A stretch of DNA of 63,945 nt, filler included, from Cladosporium halotolerans (lineage: Eukaryota): NCBI RefSeq assembly GCF_011745625.1. It is 4 parts of 4 records of this genome, joined end to end, with 100 filler letters (N's around TTAATTAATTAA, not from the genome) between each part and the next. Parts side by side here need not be neighbours in the genome. Positions count along the whole stretch, not along the records: positions 32,605 to 48,295 come from NW_027191558.1; positions 48,396 to 63,945 come from NW_027191560.1; 2 more parts are not named here. One strand, given 5' to 3'. The notes under the pieces are model-generated. The model had not been told where the DNA came from. It saw nothing but the letters and a program-made list of their open reading frames with translations, and did not search any database. A program made the translations under genes and the position numbers. This document shows, piece by piece, positions 38,031 to 49,835 of the stretch. Positions within the stretch are counted from its first letter, which is position 1, and every line of letters begins with the position of its first letter.

Positions 38031-38815
38031 TGATTGATTGATTAATTATGTGCTACTCGGTGTCAGCCGGTTTTTAGCAGCTATGCCCGGTGGAGAAGAG
38101 TTCGGCAGACAGCCGACGCGTCCCGTGCGGGCCGCCCCACTTCGCCCAGCCTGACACCTAGATACCAGCTGGACCAGCTGCCTCAATCACCCTCCCTTCT
38201 TCTCTTCAGCCACCGTCTCCGATTGCCTGCCAGCCTTCGCAGACGGTGGCTCACGTGCTATGATCACTATGTGGTCGATATTCCTGTCTTCCGCTGTCTG
38301 CGTACCTGCAGTCTCCCCCCAATGCTCGGCGTCGTCTACTCCTCTTCGACCCTGCTTCGCCCTAGGATCTGCGAACGTTCTATGAAATTAATGGCTTGGA
38401 TGGCTGCTTTGCGTTTACTGAGGATCACCCGGAGATTGTTGTGTTCCGGCAAATGGCCAAATTCCTGCTTCCGGAGGTCCCGGAGCTTCCTGCACGTCAA
38501 GAGGACGTGTCGTTCCGTTTGGCGGCCTTCCCGACAGTTGCACATTGGATCTAGGATGCCGGGCACTCTTCGACGGAACAAAAAAACTCCTAAGCCCTAT
38601 TATTTCGGTCCTCAATTGCACCAGAATGGCACTTTGCCTTTTGCTTAGCCCCTCGTGTAGCTGCAATATCCTTTCCGGCACCGGCGCATTTCGAAAAGAA
38701 GCCCTACCTCTCGTTTCATGTTGCCACTCGGTCTGCCAGCTCTTCTTTGTGTGGTTCCGGCTCCACATCTTAAGCGGAGCGTGGAATAAGTATAGCTCTG
38801 GTGGGTAAATCTCGG
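38031..38815 (-). mobile_element. 5'-truncated, frameshifted Tad1-like LINE 3' end with an (AATC)n tail
   Basis: LSKRQSAILVQLRTE.IGL and CNCREGRQTERHVLLTC; TGATTGATTGATT at 38031-38043. Confidence 0.8.
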
Positions 38816-38863
38816 AGTAGAACACTCGACGATACGCTCCCTCTTGACGGATGCTGCACGTGA

Positions 38864-38917
38864 TGCCAAGAGATACAGTAATCAGGAGGGCCTCCGTGAT
38901 TACTCTATCTCTTGGCA
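38864..38917. repeat. Near-perfect hairpin, 26/27-bp arms, 1-nt loop
   Basis: TGCCAAGAGATACAGTAATCAGGAGG-G-CCTCCGTGATTACTCTATCTCTTGGCA: one mismatch and one bulge. Confidence 0.9.
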
Positions 38918-40569
38918 CCTCTTTCCAAAGACGAAGGTATCACGTGATACCGAGGAGTCCAGCTATCGCGAAGCTCATAGATGATCCAGGGTTCTTCCAT
39001 CACTGGGTCTCGGCCAGTGACGAGGCCTATTTGTGCATGGTAATGCTTATGAATCCGGGCACTGGCGACAGAGCCAAAAGACCTCAACGACTTGGATAAG
39101 GCGTACACAGTGGGTAGGAGAGAGTAGGGAAGATCCAAGTGGTACTTCGCATACAGTTGTGGAGATGATACAGTACCATGTGCAGGTGCTCTTGCGCCTC
39201 TACGTATCGACCAAAGGCTTACAGATGATGTGGGCACTTCAAAACGCAGTGGGCGATCCTTGCGGCACATCGAGAGCAGGCCACTGAATAACACGCCTTT
39301 CGGCGCCTGTAGCAGTGCAGTGCCTTGGGTAGAGTTTACCAATACAGGCCTGGCGACCGAGCACAGACACCTGACAGCAAGACGTTCACAATATGCAGCC
39401 ACGGATGAATTGCGAGTAGGTACGTTAGATCACCCCCTAACTTCCGTGATATCGCATACCCGCAGATTGTCGGACAGAGAATGACCATGTCTTTGCAGAG
39501 CGATTGGCTATGATTCTTCGTGGGGGGGACAACGAACGGCAGCTCCACTGCAATAACAGCGCAAGGATCTTGTTCCTCGCTCTCACAAAAGCCATTGACA
39601 AATCATGGGCGGGAAACGTCAGCATTAACGGCGCGCGCCGCGGACTTCCGCCGATACAAGCCTCTCATTGCCAAGCTCCTCTAAAAGCAATATGTGAAGA
39701 GCATGCTTCTGTTTCGACACCTAGCTCACGCGAGAGCGCCCGAGTAAATGACCATGCGTACACGATTACAGCGAACAGCGGCTGCTCGAGCTGATCAGTA
39801 GACTCAAATTCACGGATGTCGGAATGCCGCAAATCCCCAGATTGAGTGTCCCGAGCCTCGCGTTGCACTACACAAGACCAGGCTAGTCGTGACAGAGTTG
39901 AGCCATATGCACGACAGAATAAGCGATGATTCGTCAAACTTGAACACGCAACAGGACCATTCGCGCCACAGCCCAATCGGCCAGCTGGGTTGTCAAGCAC
40001 ACGTGTCGCCGACGGGCTACAATACAGCATGTCTAGAGTACAAGTTGTCTGCCCGTATCCTCTACATTTGCCGTTTCATTGTTCTTCTTATCGAATATAT
40101 TCTGTCCTATTCATGGAATCGTTTTCTTCTGTCGTCCTTTGCAGCATCGATATGGTCGACGATCACTTTAGCAAGGCGAAAGATCTCATGAGAAGCGCAA
40201 GCGATACTAAAAAGCAATTCTCCGCTTCTACTGAACTTGGCCCACTGCCACCTCCGCGGCATGAATACTCTTGGTCAGATCCTTTGGAGATGGCCAGTCC
40301 CACCAGGCGTGAATCGCCAGGACTGGTGGCAGAAGAACAGGCGCCCTGGCCACCTACGTTCCCCTCGGAGGTTCACGATTCAGCGCTGTACTCAAACACA
40401 AGAAAGGGTACGTCGGCGGACGAATTGCATGAGCCAATTGATTTGGCTACGGATGGTGGGGAGTCGCTTTTGCCGAAACAGCAACAACAGAACCCCAAGG
40501 AACCTCTTTTCGATTTTGTCACAGACAAGGTCAATCGTCATACCATTCGGAAGCGCAACTCAAGTTGAG

Positions 40570-42771
40570 TAAGTGCATCATACTCTCATTCCCGGCATCT
40601 TGCTGGCGGGTATGCCAGCCCGCGGCAAAGGTGGCAGGAGGGTGCCCTTGGGTGGTGTTCCACGTTCAGGGGACTGTGGGGAAGCCTCCGAGCCAATCGG
40701 AGATTACACCGAACAATTAGCCCTCCAGATTTGGGGACTGCTGAAGAATTCGGAAGAATGGCAAAACCATGGCGGAGGCCCGGTAGCCGCAAAGCAAAGA
40801 AGAACAGAACTGGAGCCTGACATCAGCTTCGAGGAAGATGTATTCATGCAGAAGATCGAAAACGCCATGGCGAACGCCTGCCAAGGCTTCATCATGCCAG
40901 GCGGCACCAGCAGCTCGGCAGGTGATATACAGTCGTTGCGCACCGAGGTGAAGGGAGATATAGCCGGAGTGCAAACTCAGGATACGTAAGTTTTCAAAGC
41001 AGCGATGGAACAGATGCGGGCGGAAGCGGACAGGATCAGCAGCGGTGTCCGAACGTCTGGTGCAACAGGTCCGAGAGGCCTCAATACAGACCAACAGGGG
41101 CGGAACGACCGCGTGCACGGCGCATGCCGCAACGTCCGAGGAAGCCGTGAAAACTCTACGCAACGAAATGAGTGAAGACATAGCCAGAGTGCAGGCTCAG
41201 CTTGCCGAAGTGCTGAATGCTGCGAGAGCAAAGATGCAGATGGAATCAGACGGGAAGACAGGCGTAATGCTACAGCGCCTGAAGCAGGTGTGAACCAGAA
41301 GTTGCAATCACAGCCCGCGCGAGACGCACATCGAACGTGGGCTACCGTGACCCGAACGACAGCACAGACAGCAGCGGGATGGGCTACCGTATCAACCCGC
41401 AAGAAAAAGCCGAAGAAACATCCTCTGGACCAAAGACGGATACTGTTATTGAGGAGTGGCCAGCCACACCAGTACGACGCCAAAGACATCATGTTCGAGG
41501 TCAACAAAGCTCTTGCGCATGCACGAGCTTATGTGACGGTGCGACTTGTCAAAATGAAATACATTGAGAAGGGCAATTTGTCTTTTTCTGGGTGAGCATG
41601 CGTGCGCGGAAGGACTGCTGGAATATGCGCCAGTCGTCATGTCCGCTGTGCAAAAACTGGACCCTGCGGTCGTTAGCATCGAGAAGACAGAAAAGTGGCG
41701 CAACCTGCGCGTGCATGGAGTTGCGCTGAACCGTTACAAGACAGAAAGTGGATTGGAATTGGCACGGGAAGAGATCGAGGTGATGACTGGGTCTCAGCTT
41801 CCGTACGCACCGCGATGGATAAAAGGCGACATGCTGGCCGTGCGATTCGACAGCGGAGCCATCAAGCGATCGACACTGGTCTTGACATTGAAGACTAAGC
41901 ATGCCGCTGATACTATCCTGGCGAAAGGATTATCTTTCGGCGGCAGACGCCACGAAGCAGAGAGGTTCTGGAAAAAGGGAGAAGGCAGCATGTGTATGCA
42001 ATGCTGCGGTCAGGACCATTTCGGCAGATGCCCAGAATTGGCGAAATGCTACATTTGCGCTGGCGAGCACGAAGGTGCGAAACACCTATGTGTCGCCGAA
42101 GGCTGCGGTCAAAAGGAGGAACCGTGCGAGCACCACGCGGCGAAGTGCGCGAACTGTGGGGGAGCCCACATGGCGACATCAAGGAAATGCCCGGAAAGAT
42201 TCGAGAGTCGACAGAGACGGACAAACAATCTGCACGACATACGCAGCAGCCCGCCTTTGATGGACACCGGGTCAAGCAAAGATCAGCCAAGCAAGGAAAG
42301 CGAGGAAGAGACGCATACACCTTAACCCGATCACGAGCGAAATGGACAGCGTCACCCAATTTCGGTGTCTTCGGACATCAGTATGGATGACTCGCTTCCT
42401 GAGGTGGAAGAATTAAGATCGTCCAACATGACGAGACTCGTGGCGCGGCAACAGCACATAGATTGATGCTCATCTGATGCTGCTTGACCGCATGCGGCGG
42501 GAGCCCAGCTAGGAGATGTAAGTCGATTGCATCAGGACGTGTGAACTGAGCGAGGGGATGATAGAAGGAGGAGCAATACTGAAGATAGAATGGTAGGAGG
42601 GCAGTTGGCCCGAAAGCAGTGGCGGCTCGGTGGAGTCGGGACAGCGAGCAGGGTTGTACAGCAAAAAATTGACGCGGGAGCACGCATAGAAGTTACATAG
42701 ACTGTCGTGAGTATAGCCGGCGTGCCATAAGCTATTTAGCTTGAATGCAGTATGAAAAAAAAAAAAAAAAA
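40570..42771 (+). mobile_element. Non-autonomous ORF1-only LINE with a poly(A) tail; ORF1 (from about 40612) broken by a stop and frameshifts
   Basis: Tad1-type ORF1 knuckles C..CCG.DH, CYICAGEH and CANCGGAH; no ORF2 before the conserved 3' motif and A17 tail (42755-42771). 5' end approximate. Confidence 0.8.
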
Positions 42772-43202
42772 CGAACCCCACGAGATCAGGTGTGGCTAAG
42801 AATGCCTGCATACAACGTCGGAAGCGAAAGACAAAGTGCCCAGCACAGCGTCCTGTCTGTCAATTCTGCAATGCGAGAGGACTGGAATGCTCATGGGACG
42901 TTCCTGACGGCATGACGAGAATTGAAAATCTCAAGAAGCAGTTACAGGAGGCAGAAACTCAATTAGAGCATTTGCACGTTGTCCCGGGGGCATTGAGATT
43001 TGTTAGCGACGAAGACTCCACATGTCTCTTGGCCCGAATGCGACTCGGCGCATCTATCGATGAGCTTGTCGAGTCGATTCGGTCGGGGTTCCCCACTACA
43101 GATCTCCACCATCGGCTAGTCTGGGGCCAGACGGAACGTCAGATTGTGCCAATGGCGTCATCAGCTGAAAACCGCGAGACTATCGACGGTCGGCCCCGCT
43201 AG
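42772..43202 (+). pseudogene. Zn(II)2Cys6 transcription factor remnant, 5' end cut by the LINE, second Cys replaced by Arg
   Basis: ACIQRRKRKTKCPAQRPVCQFCNARGLECSW...LLARMRLG; same family as 10445-11011; no ATG after the poly(A). Confidence 0.78.
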
Positions 43203-44011
43203 ATAAGATCAGAACTGCCGTGACGCGGCTTGTCTGCGGACGGAGCGGACGGCCAGCCTGCATTGTCGCGCAGCGTTCCCCTAGCGAATCAACGAGAGCG
43301 AAAGCGACGACATCGGTGCGTGTCAGCGTCTGGCCCTAGTCAGCGTGCCCGAAGCTGCGCCTGTGGAAAGACCAACCTGTTGGCGCTTATCTGCATGCCG
43401 AAACACTGGTCAACGGTCCCTGGCGGCACGCACGCGAATGTACGACCTTCTTCTTCCCGCAGCGCATCTAGCGCATCTAATTTACTTCCAACGCATTTCG
43501 AACTTATGTGTTGCTTCTGCGCGAGCTCGGAAGCAGAAGCATGGAATGACGACAGCGACGAGCTGAACGATGGTAACTCACGGCTTTCTACGCGATCGGC
43601 GCTTCGACACACGGTCAGGCCTGTAGGCAAATGCCAATAAATTAGAGCAGCAAGAGATGGGTGAGCAGTGAGATGTGGTGTGGATAGCGGATGCAGAGCG
43701 AAGATCAGAAAAAGTGCCCTGGCACATGCGAAATCCCCGCACAGGTGGATGGACGTTAAGTCAACTTGTAGGTAAAATACACACAACTGCTTGTGATGGA
43801 ACTGTGAATCTGTACTGTGTTGCTCTGAATTGTTCGCTCGACACAGGCTCTCGACTGACCCCATTGCAACCTCAAATACACGCTGTCCATGACATTCATA
43901 TTGCAGTCTTAACGCAGGCCAGTAGCCAAACAACCATCCCGATCACGTCACACAACTCTACGCGACCATCTTGCAACCATCACAGGAGGCGTCCACCGCC
44001 TGTATCCTGCA

Positions 44012-44857
44012 TCAAGTATTTACCACAAGCACGAAAGCCCCAAATGTCCACCAAGCCCAGTATTCTGCTCTCGATCTTTCCTTCGCGCTATTGTTCGCAA
44101 CAACCGGGGAAGTGCTGGGGGCTGACCCGTTCGAGGGGCCACTCGCGGTTGGCGACGCCGAAACGATCGACGGCCAAGTCCAAGTGCCTGTACCGTTCGA
44201 TGCGGGGTGAGAACCCATCGTGAGACCCCCAGATGCGGGACCTGCAGTGGGTGCAGACAGCAGACTTGTGTGACTAGCGGTTTTGGAGCAATGTCTTGTG
44301 TTTGTGAAAGAAGTTGGTGACTGGCACGGACGAGAAGCCCGGCTGCTGCTTTCGACATCACTACCAGCTGACCAGTCGATAGCGGTCGAAAACCCGAAGG
44401 GAGGCTGCGATCCGTCCGAGCTTGAAAGCCTAGGATCGTCCAGGGCTCCTTGCACGCCATCCCACGCTGATGCTAGATACGATGAAGCGCCGGCTAACAA
44501 TGGGATTGGTGGGGTAAACGTAGGAGCTGTGTTCGTGACTGCGGTAGTGGTGTCCGCCACGGCTGGATTTGCTAAGTCGGATCCTTGCAAAGCGCCCTTC
44601 AAGTAATCCCGAGCCGAAGCGATATAGGACGAGCCTCCGGAGGATAGATGCCACGGGGACGTTGTCAGTGAAGGAGTTTGCGCCGTCGTTTGCGCGGCGG
44701 AAATGCTTGCGATTGCTTCGGTGGACGAAGAGGGAGTGCCCTTTGTGGAATCCATGGTCATGAACACATCGACGCTGAGCCTAGCAGGTCCGAGGTCGAC
44801 CATGCCGTAAGCAAGACCGGGAAAGAGGTGCGTGAGTAGAAGCAACAATAAGACCAT
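44012..44857 (-). CDS. Secreted Ser/Thr-rich protein, probably GPI-anchored, 281 aa
   Basis: Hydrophobic N-terminus MVLLLLLLTHLFPGLAYG, S/T/A/P-rich body, C-terminal small residues (NNSA), spacer and hydrophobic tail. Confidence 0.6.
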   Translation of the reverse strand: MVLLLLLLTHLFPGLAYGMVDLGPARLSVDVFMTMDSTKGTPSSSTEAIASISAAQTTAQTPSLTTSPWHLSSGGSSYIASARDYLKGALQGSDLANPAVADTTTAVTNTAPTFTPPIPLLAGASSYLASAWDGVQGALDDPRLSSSDGSQPPFGFSTAIDWSAGSDVESSSRASRPCQSPTSFTNTRHCSKTASHTSLLSAPTAGPASGGLTMGSHPASNGTGTWTWPSIVSASPTASGPSNGSAPSTSPVVANNSAKERSRAEYWAWWTFGAFVLVVNT

Positions 44858-47800
44858 CGTTTGTCTTTGGTGAAGCGCGCTAAGAAAGAGCGAAGGACTG
44901 AAGGCTGATTTAAGCGCGCGAATTCCGGTGTCTGTGATATGCTGGGGTCCCGATTGGGAAAGGGAGGGGGGTCTCCCAGGAACGATGGGGCAAAGTCAAA
45001 GATGCTTTCATCTGTAGAACCAAACCAAACAACGATCTGCCAATCGGCTTTTTCCGTGACGTCTTTTTTTGGCTTCACGTGGACTGAAACGTCAAGGCTA
45101 TCCCAGTTTTTTACCCTCGTACCCTTACCCTAACGACCAATCCACCAAGCCGCTTGTGCCACCCGCTCATCTGCCATTATGCTCGCTCGCATGGCCAAAT
45201 CCAGAGGAGCGGAGCCTCTCGGAGCATCATAGAGCTTTCATTTGGCCATTACGATGTAGCCACCGAAAGTGGCTGCAAAGGGAAACGGCCTACAGAACGC
45301 ATTCGCAATATGGACTTGATGAGTTGACCAGAATTATCCGATGACGGAAGACGCCGCTCATACAGATATTGGTCGGTTCTCCGGAAACGCGCGCGAAGGT
45401 AACCTGCAATCGTCACGCGTTTTCTTTTGGCGACATCGAGGAGTTGTATTACCTTTTAGCGGTACTAGAGTTGAAGATCGCAACCAGTTGGTGGGGTGGC
45501 CATGCTCGAGCGCGACAAAGCTTGAGGCACTCCAACCAGTCCCAGCGCAAGACCTTACGGACGTCTGGAGTCTTCGACTCGTACGGGAAGAGCAGAACGC
45601 GTCTGAGAGATCATCAACACCATCAAGAAACAATATCGGCGTGACGGTACATTGTCACGGTACATTGTCAAGCAAATCCGCCTTACCGCCACAACTGGTG
45701 TGGTCGACGTAAGAAATTCGTGCGAGCGTCGTTCAGACACAACTCCCGCAAGAGACGACGTGCTGACAGTCGTGGTGGATAACAGAGTCTTTTCGAAGTT
45801 CCCCGGCTTGTCCTAGTCCAAAAAGCGCTTGACTCTATAAGGAGCGCATCGCGCCGGGTCTGCACAAGAAGTCAATTTTGTTCCCGACTTCGAGATCATT
45901 GACAGTACAGCCCAGGCGCTTGTGCGCTGCGATAATTTCCATGCACGCGCTTTGGCATCAAAAAATCTATTCTACAATTAGGACAAGAAATCACACAAAA
46001 TGAGCAAGATCTTGTGACGAGCGCTTCGCACGATGGCGCTTTGCTGCCAACGGGTACTTTTAAGACTGCCGTTCCAACAGAGGTGACCCAAGTACATGAC
46101 TGGACCTTGTTCCTGGCCCTACATTGGCACAAGGAGCTTTGCCGCTGATCTGGGCAAGTTTGGAGGACGCTGATACCGGAACCAAGCTTCACCAGCTCCC
46201 AAAGCCGAAAATTGGGCGATAGACGTCGAACAAGGGACAGGCTCGCAGAGAGACGGAGTGGACTGGCTGTCCGCCTCACGCAGGTTACCTCGCTCGTATG
46301 GGTCAAGCTCACATCGAGGAATCGACTGGCTGACCATAGGTACTCACCGAGTCTACATTCAATGGCGTCGTTCTGTCGCTTGAAGTGCATCATGATTACT
46401 TTTCAAAAAAACGCTATTTGTGTAGCCAGCTACGTTGAAATGAAAAAGTAGCGAAGAACATGATGTCTAGTGAGGAGAATTGCTGACGTGGCCGTTGTCA
46501 AATCATTCACCTAGTGATTCTGCATCTGTTGTTGAAGACTCAAGTTTTGTGCGAAATGTGGTTGTCCAACGTATTTTTGGATGACATGACACGTTTGTAT
46601 GTCTCACTTCCACAATGAGGATGATGGTGTTCCATTTGTGTAGACCGAAAACATGACCTTACGAAGTTGACAGTGGCTGTACTGGTTCAACTCCATCAGA
46701 ATGTATACATTGCGCGGAAAGCCATGCTGTCGTCTGGCAGGAAATTGACGTGGAATTCATGATACCGTACATGTCTGGTTTGCGATGTTGGCAGACCATC
46801 GCGAGCAAACGCTTCAATAATGAGACAATTGCAAGCTTGAGTCAATTGCTGTAGAGATCATCACCTGTAAATTTGATCATGCAACCTCGTCTTGATGGTT
46901 GACGGTTGACGGTTGCACAAACATGGGAGTGAGGCTTTTCGTCAATGCTGCAGTCACGTTCAGCTCCACTACCAGATTTCTGCAGGTTCCAGCAAGACGA
47001 AAGATAGGACAGAACCGAAAGAACGATTGCCAATGACACATGCGATCTAGATGAACAATCGTACATCACAGGTACAAAACCAACGCCACGAATAACATGA
47101 CCAAGTCATCATGAGCGTGACGTGCTAAGCTACTCCGCAGGCGATGCCCAGAGATATATCTTCGAGCATCGCGCACCTTCAGCGACCTTGCGACGTCTTT
47201 AGTGATGCGCGTTTGAAAAAGGCGCCGTGTATCGTCAGCTGATTTCGGAAGGTAAGGCTCGCTGTGCAAGATCACACGTATGATAGATCAACCTTGGCAA
47301 ACCACGCTTGTGCCGAGTATTGATGACGTAAATCCTCAATGTGTCGCACGACAGTTTGACATCTAGCTATGTGTGCGTCGTCATATTATTGATTGCATGT
47401 TGCACCTTGCAATGGCCACTTGCGCAATTTCGAATTTGAAAGTCGGCTTCAAAGGCAACGTCAAGCCAATCATGTGCCGCTGTTGCGCGGCGGGTGTGCT
47501 CTTTAGCGCTACGCTGACTGATGCCCGTGCAATTTTTTTTTGTATATCCCCTCGTAAGTATTTTTTTTTTTTTGATATCTCAAGGAGTAATGTTGACCGT
47601 TAACGGGTCGCTCGCATTTCTATATCGGGGTCGATGATGTTTTTTCGTGTGGATGTGTTGACACAATTTTGATTCAATCAGCCGGGTGGCGCCTCGACAA
47701 ATATGCCCGGATCTCTGACCTTCACTGGTCAGTCTGGAATTGCGACTTGAACTTCCGCTAATGATTCTCGTCAGCATAGGCCGTTCGACGTTTATTATAA

Positions 47801-48295
47801 TCAGTGGGTCTCATGATGAGTTGAGATGTGCTCTCACACAATTGGTAGTGGTCTTTTAGATGGTCAAGCTTTAATGTTGCGTCATGTGCGGCAAGGGTAG
47901 CCTTGGGTGCAATGATCCATCATGAGTGCACATCCTTGTCCAATGTACCGGCTATGAAGTCACCTTGGTTTGGAAGGGCAAGTGTCTAATCATATCAATG
48001 CACTAGCGGACAGGGGGTCCACAATTCGAAATGCCCGCGCCCAATAGGACAGCCTTCCGCCAATCTTCCAACAAGTCACTTGCCCTCACAAGCGATGCAC
48101 TGTCTCGGCTGCCCGATTTGGCCGTTCGAGCGCGGTCGGGTTCCCTCTCGGTCAAGACCAAACGGTATTTGACACGAAAGTTCCGTCTCGGGCATATCTC
48201 TTTCGACTGCAATTCTTCCTCTTCTTGATTCCGTTCATTGTCACCGTTATCACTCGTTCCGTGCCCAAGACCTACGGCATTGCTTCTACACCTTC

Positions 48296-48395
48296 NNNNN
48301 NNNNNNNNNNNNNNNNNNNNNNNNNNNNNNNNNNNNNNNTTAATTAATTAANNNNNNNNNNNNNNNNNNNNNNNNNNNNNNNNNNNNNNNNNNNN
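48296..48395. other. Assembly gap with artificial spacer
   Basis: N-run containing TTAATTAATTAA. Confidence 0.98.
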
Positions 48396-48492
48396 TGATT
48401 GCTGATTGATTTCTGATTGAGCGCCCACCTGACTGATTTGATTCCTGATTGAGCTTCACCTGATTCTGAATATTCAAGATTCAAGATCTATG
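48396..48492. mobile_element. hAT-type terminus (revcomp CATAGATCTTGAATC, TGATT repeats) nested in another hAT
   Basis: 97-bp stub beside the gap (same length as the other TE stubs), many TGATT motifs, abuts transposase coding sequence. Confidence 0.65.
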
Positions 48493-49431
48493 CTAGTAGT
48501 ACTACTGACACCGTGCAGTCGTCGCTGCCGTCGGTCGAATACACTGAGCTTGAACTTCACTTCAGCGCCAATATTCATCGCGGCTGGCAGAAGCTTGACA
48601 AGTACTACAATAAGACCGATGTCACCCCCATCCACAGGGCAGCAGTACTGCTCCATCCACGCCTCAAATGGCGATGATTTGAAAGATATTGGAAGCACAA
48701 GCCAAAGTGGATTGCAGATGCCAGGGCTGCAATTGATGAGCTCTGGATACAGTATAAACACCAGTCGATAAGCGGTGATCCTACAGCACCTGCGACTGTC
48801 ATCCAAGATGAGTGGTCGGAGTTTGACAGTCAGGAGCAGCCTTCAAAGGACCAACTACTACAGTATACAGAAGAGCGAGAGTCAGCTGACATATCTGCTT
48901 TCGACTCACCACTGCCTTACTGGATACACAAACGACGGCAGTGGCCGCAGCTTGCACAGATGGCCTTTGATATCTATTCAACGCCTGCAATGAGCGACGA
49001 GCCGGAGCGTGTATTCAGCATCGCGGGTAACACTATGAACCCACGTCGCAGGCGCCTCACCAGTGACGCTGTTCAGCAGTTGTTATGCCTTCGGAGTTGG
49101 CAACGAAGTGAGGTCATCACTCTTGATACTCGGCTTATGAGGCAGGCTGTATTGCCCTCCAGCACCGGCGATAGTGACGGTAGCGTCGACGATGAGTGCG
49201 GCGATGACGGTAGTGACAAAGACTCACTCAGGGACGATGGCGAGCTGCTCTACCATGAACAAATATATGAATAGCTTCCAAATTTAGTAATCCGGCATCA
49301 TCCGGCAATCCGCGTAGTCCAATCCGTACTTTGATCATGGATTGTTATCGCAACCTAGATCACGCCTCTGGATTGTTACCACAGTCCGGACCTTCCTCGA
49401 GGATTGTTATATCGGATTGTGTTCATCTCTG
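48493..49431 (+). mobile_element. 3' part of a hAT element (transposase C-terminus plus terminus)
   Basis: GWQKLDKYY, AAVLLHP.LKW (with a TGA), WPQLAQMAFDIYSTPAMSDEPERVFS; GGATTG/ATCCG repeats; ends ...GTGTTCATCTCTG. Confidence 0.88.
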
Positions 49432-49835
49432 ATCGTGGCGACACCACAAAATCTGGTCCATTCCAGATTGGGCTAGCGGACATATCCGAGCTCGGGCTTC
49501 GCTCGTCGATACGCCAACATCACGACTACGAAGACGCAGTATCAGCTCAATGGGAGAGCTCTAGATCACCATGGTCTTATTGGTACCTTCGTACCATGCA
49601 AGGGTCTGAGTCTGGACTATCGGAGACGCCGGAGATGGCGGAATCTAGACAATATGGCTTACACAGCCTCGCTATCAACCATACCGAACCAAGTACCTTT
49701 GGCGAAAATGGTCCCGTTCATGCTGACAAGATACGGCAGGACTTAAATATCGAAGAAGCGGAGGCCTGGCTGGACATGGTGGAACCACAGATCCAGATCC
49801 AGACCCACCAATCACAACCCAGCCGAGAAACTTGC

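Noticed and set aside
45000..48295. 3.3-kb stretch with only short ORFs
   Set aside because: The frames I translated gave no recognisable motif, RNA gene or repeat; a tBLASTx search is needed.
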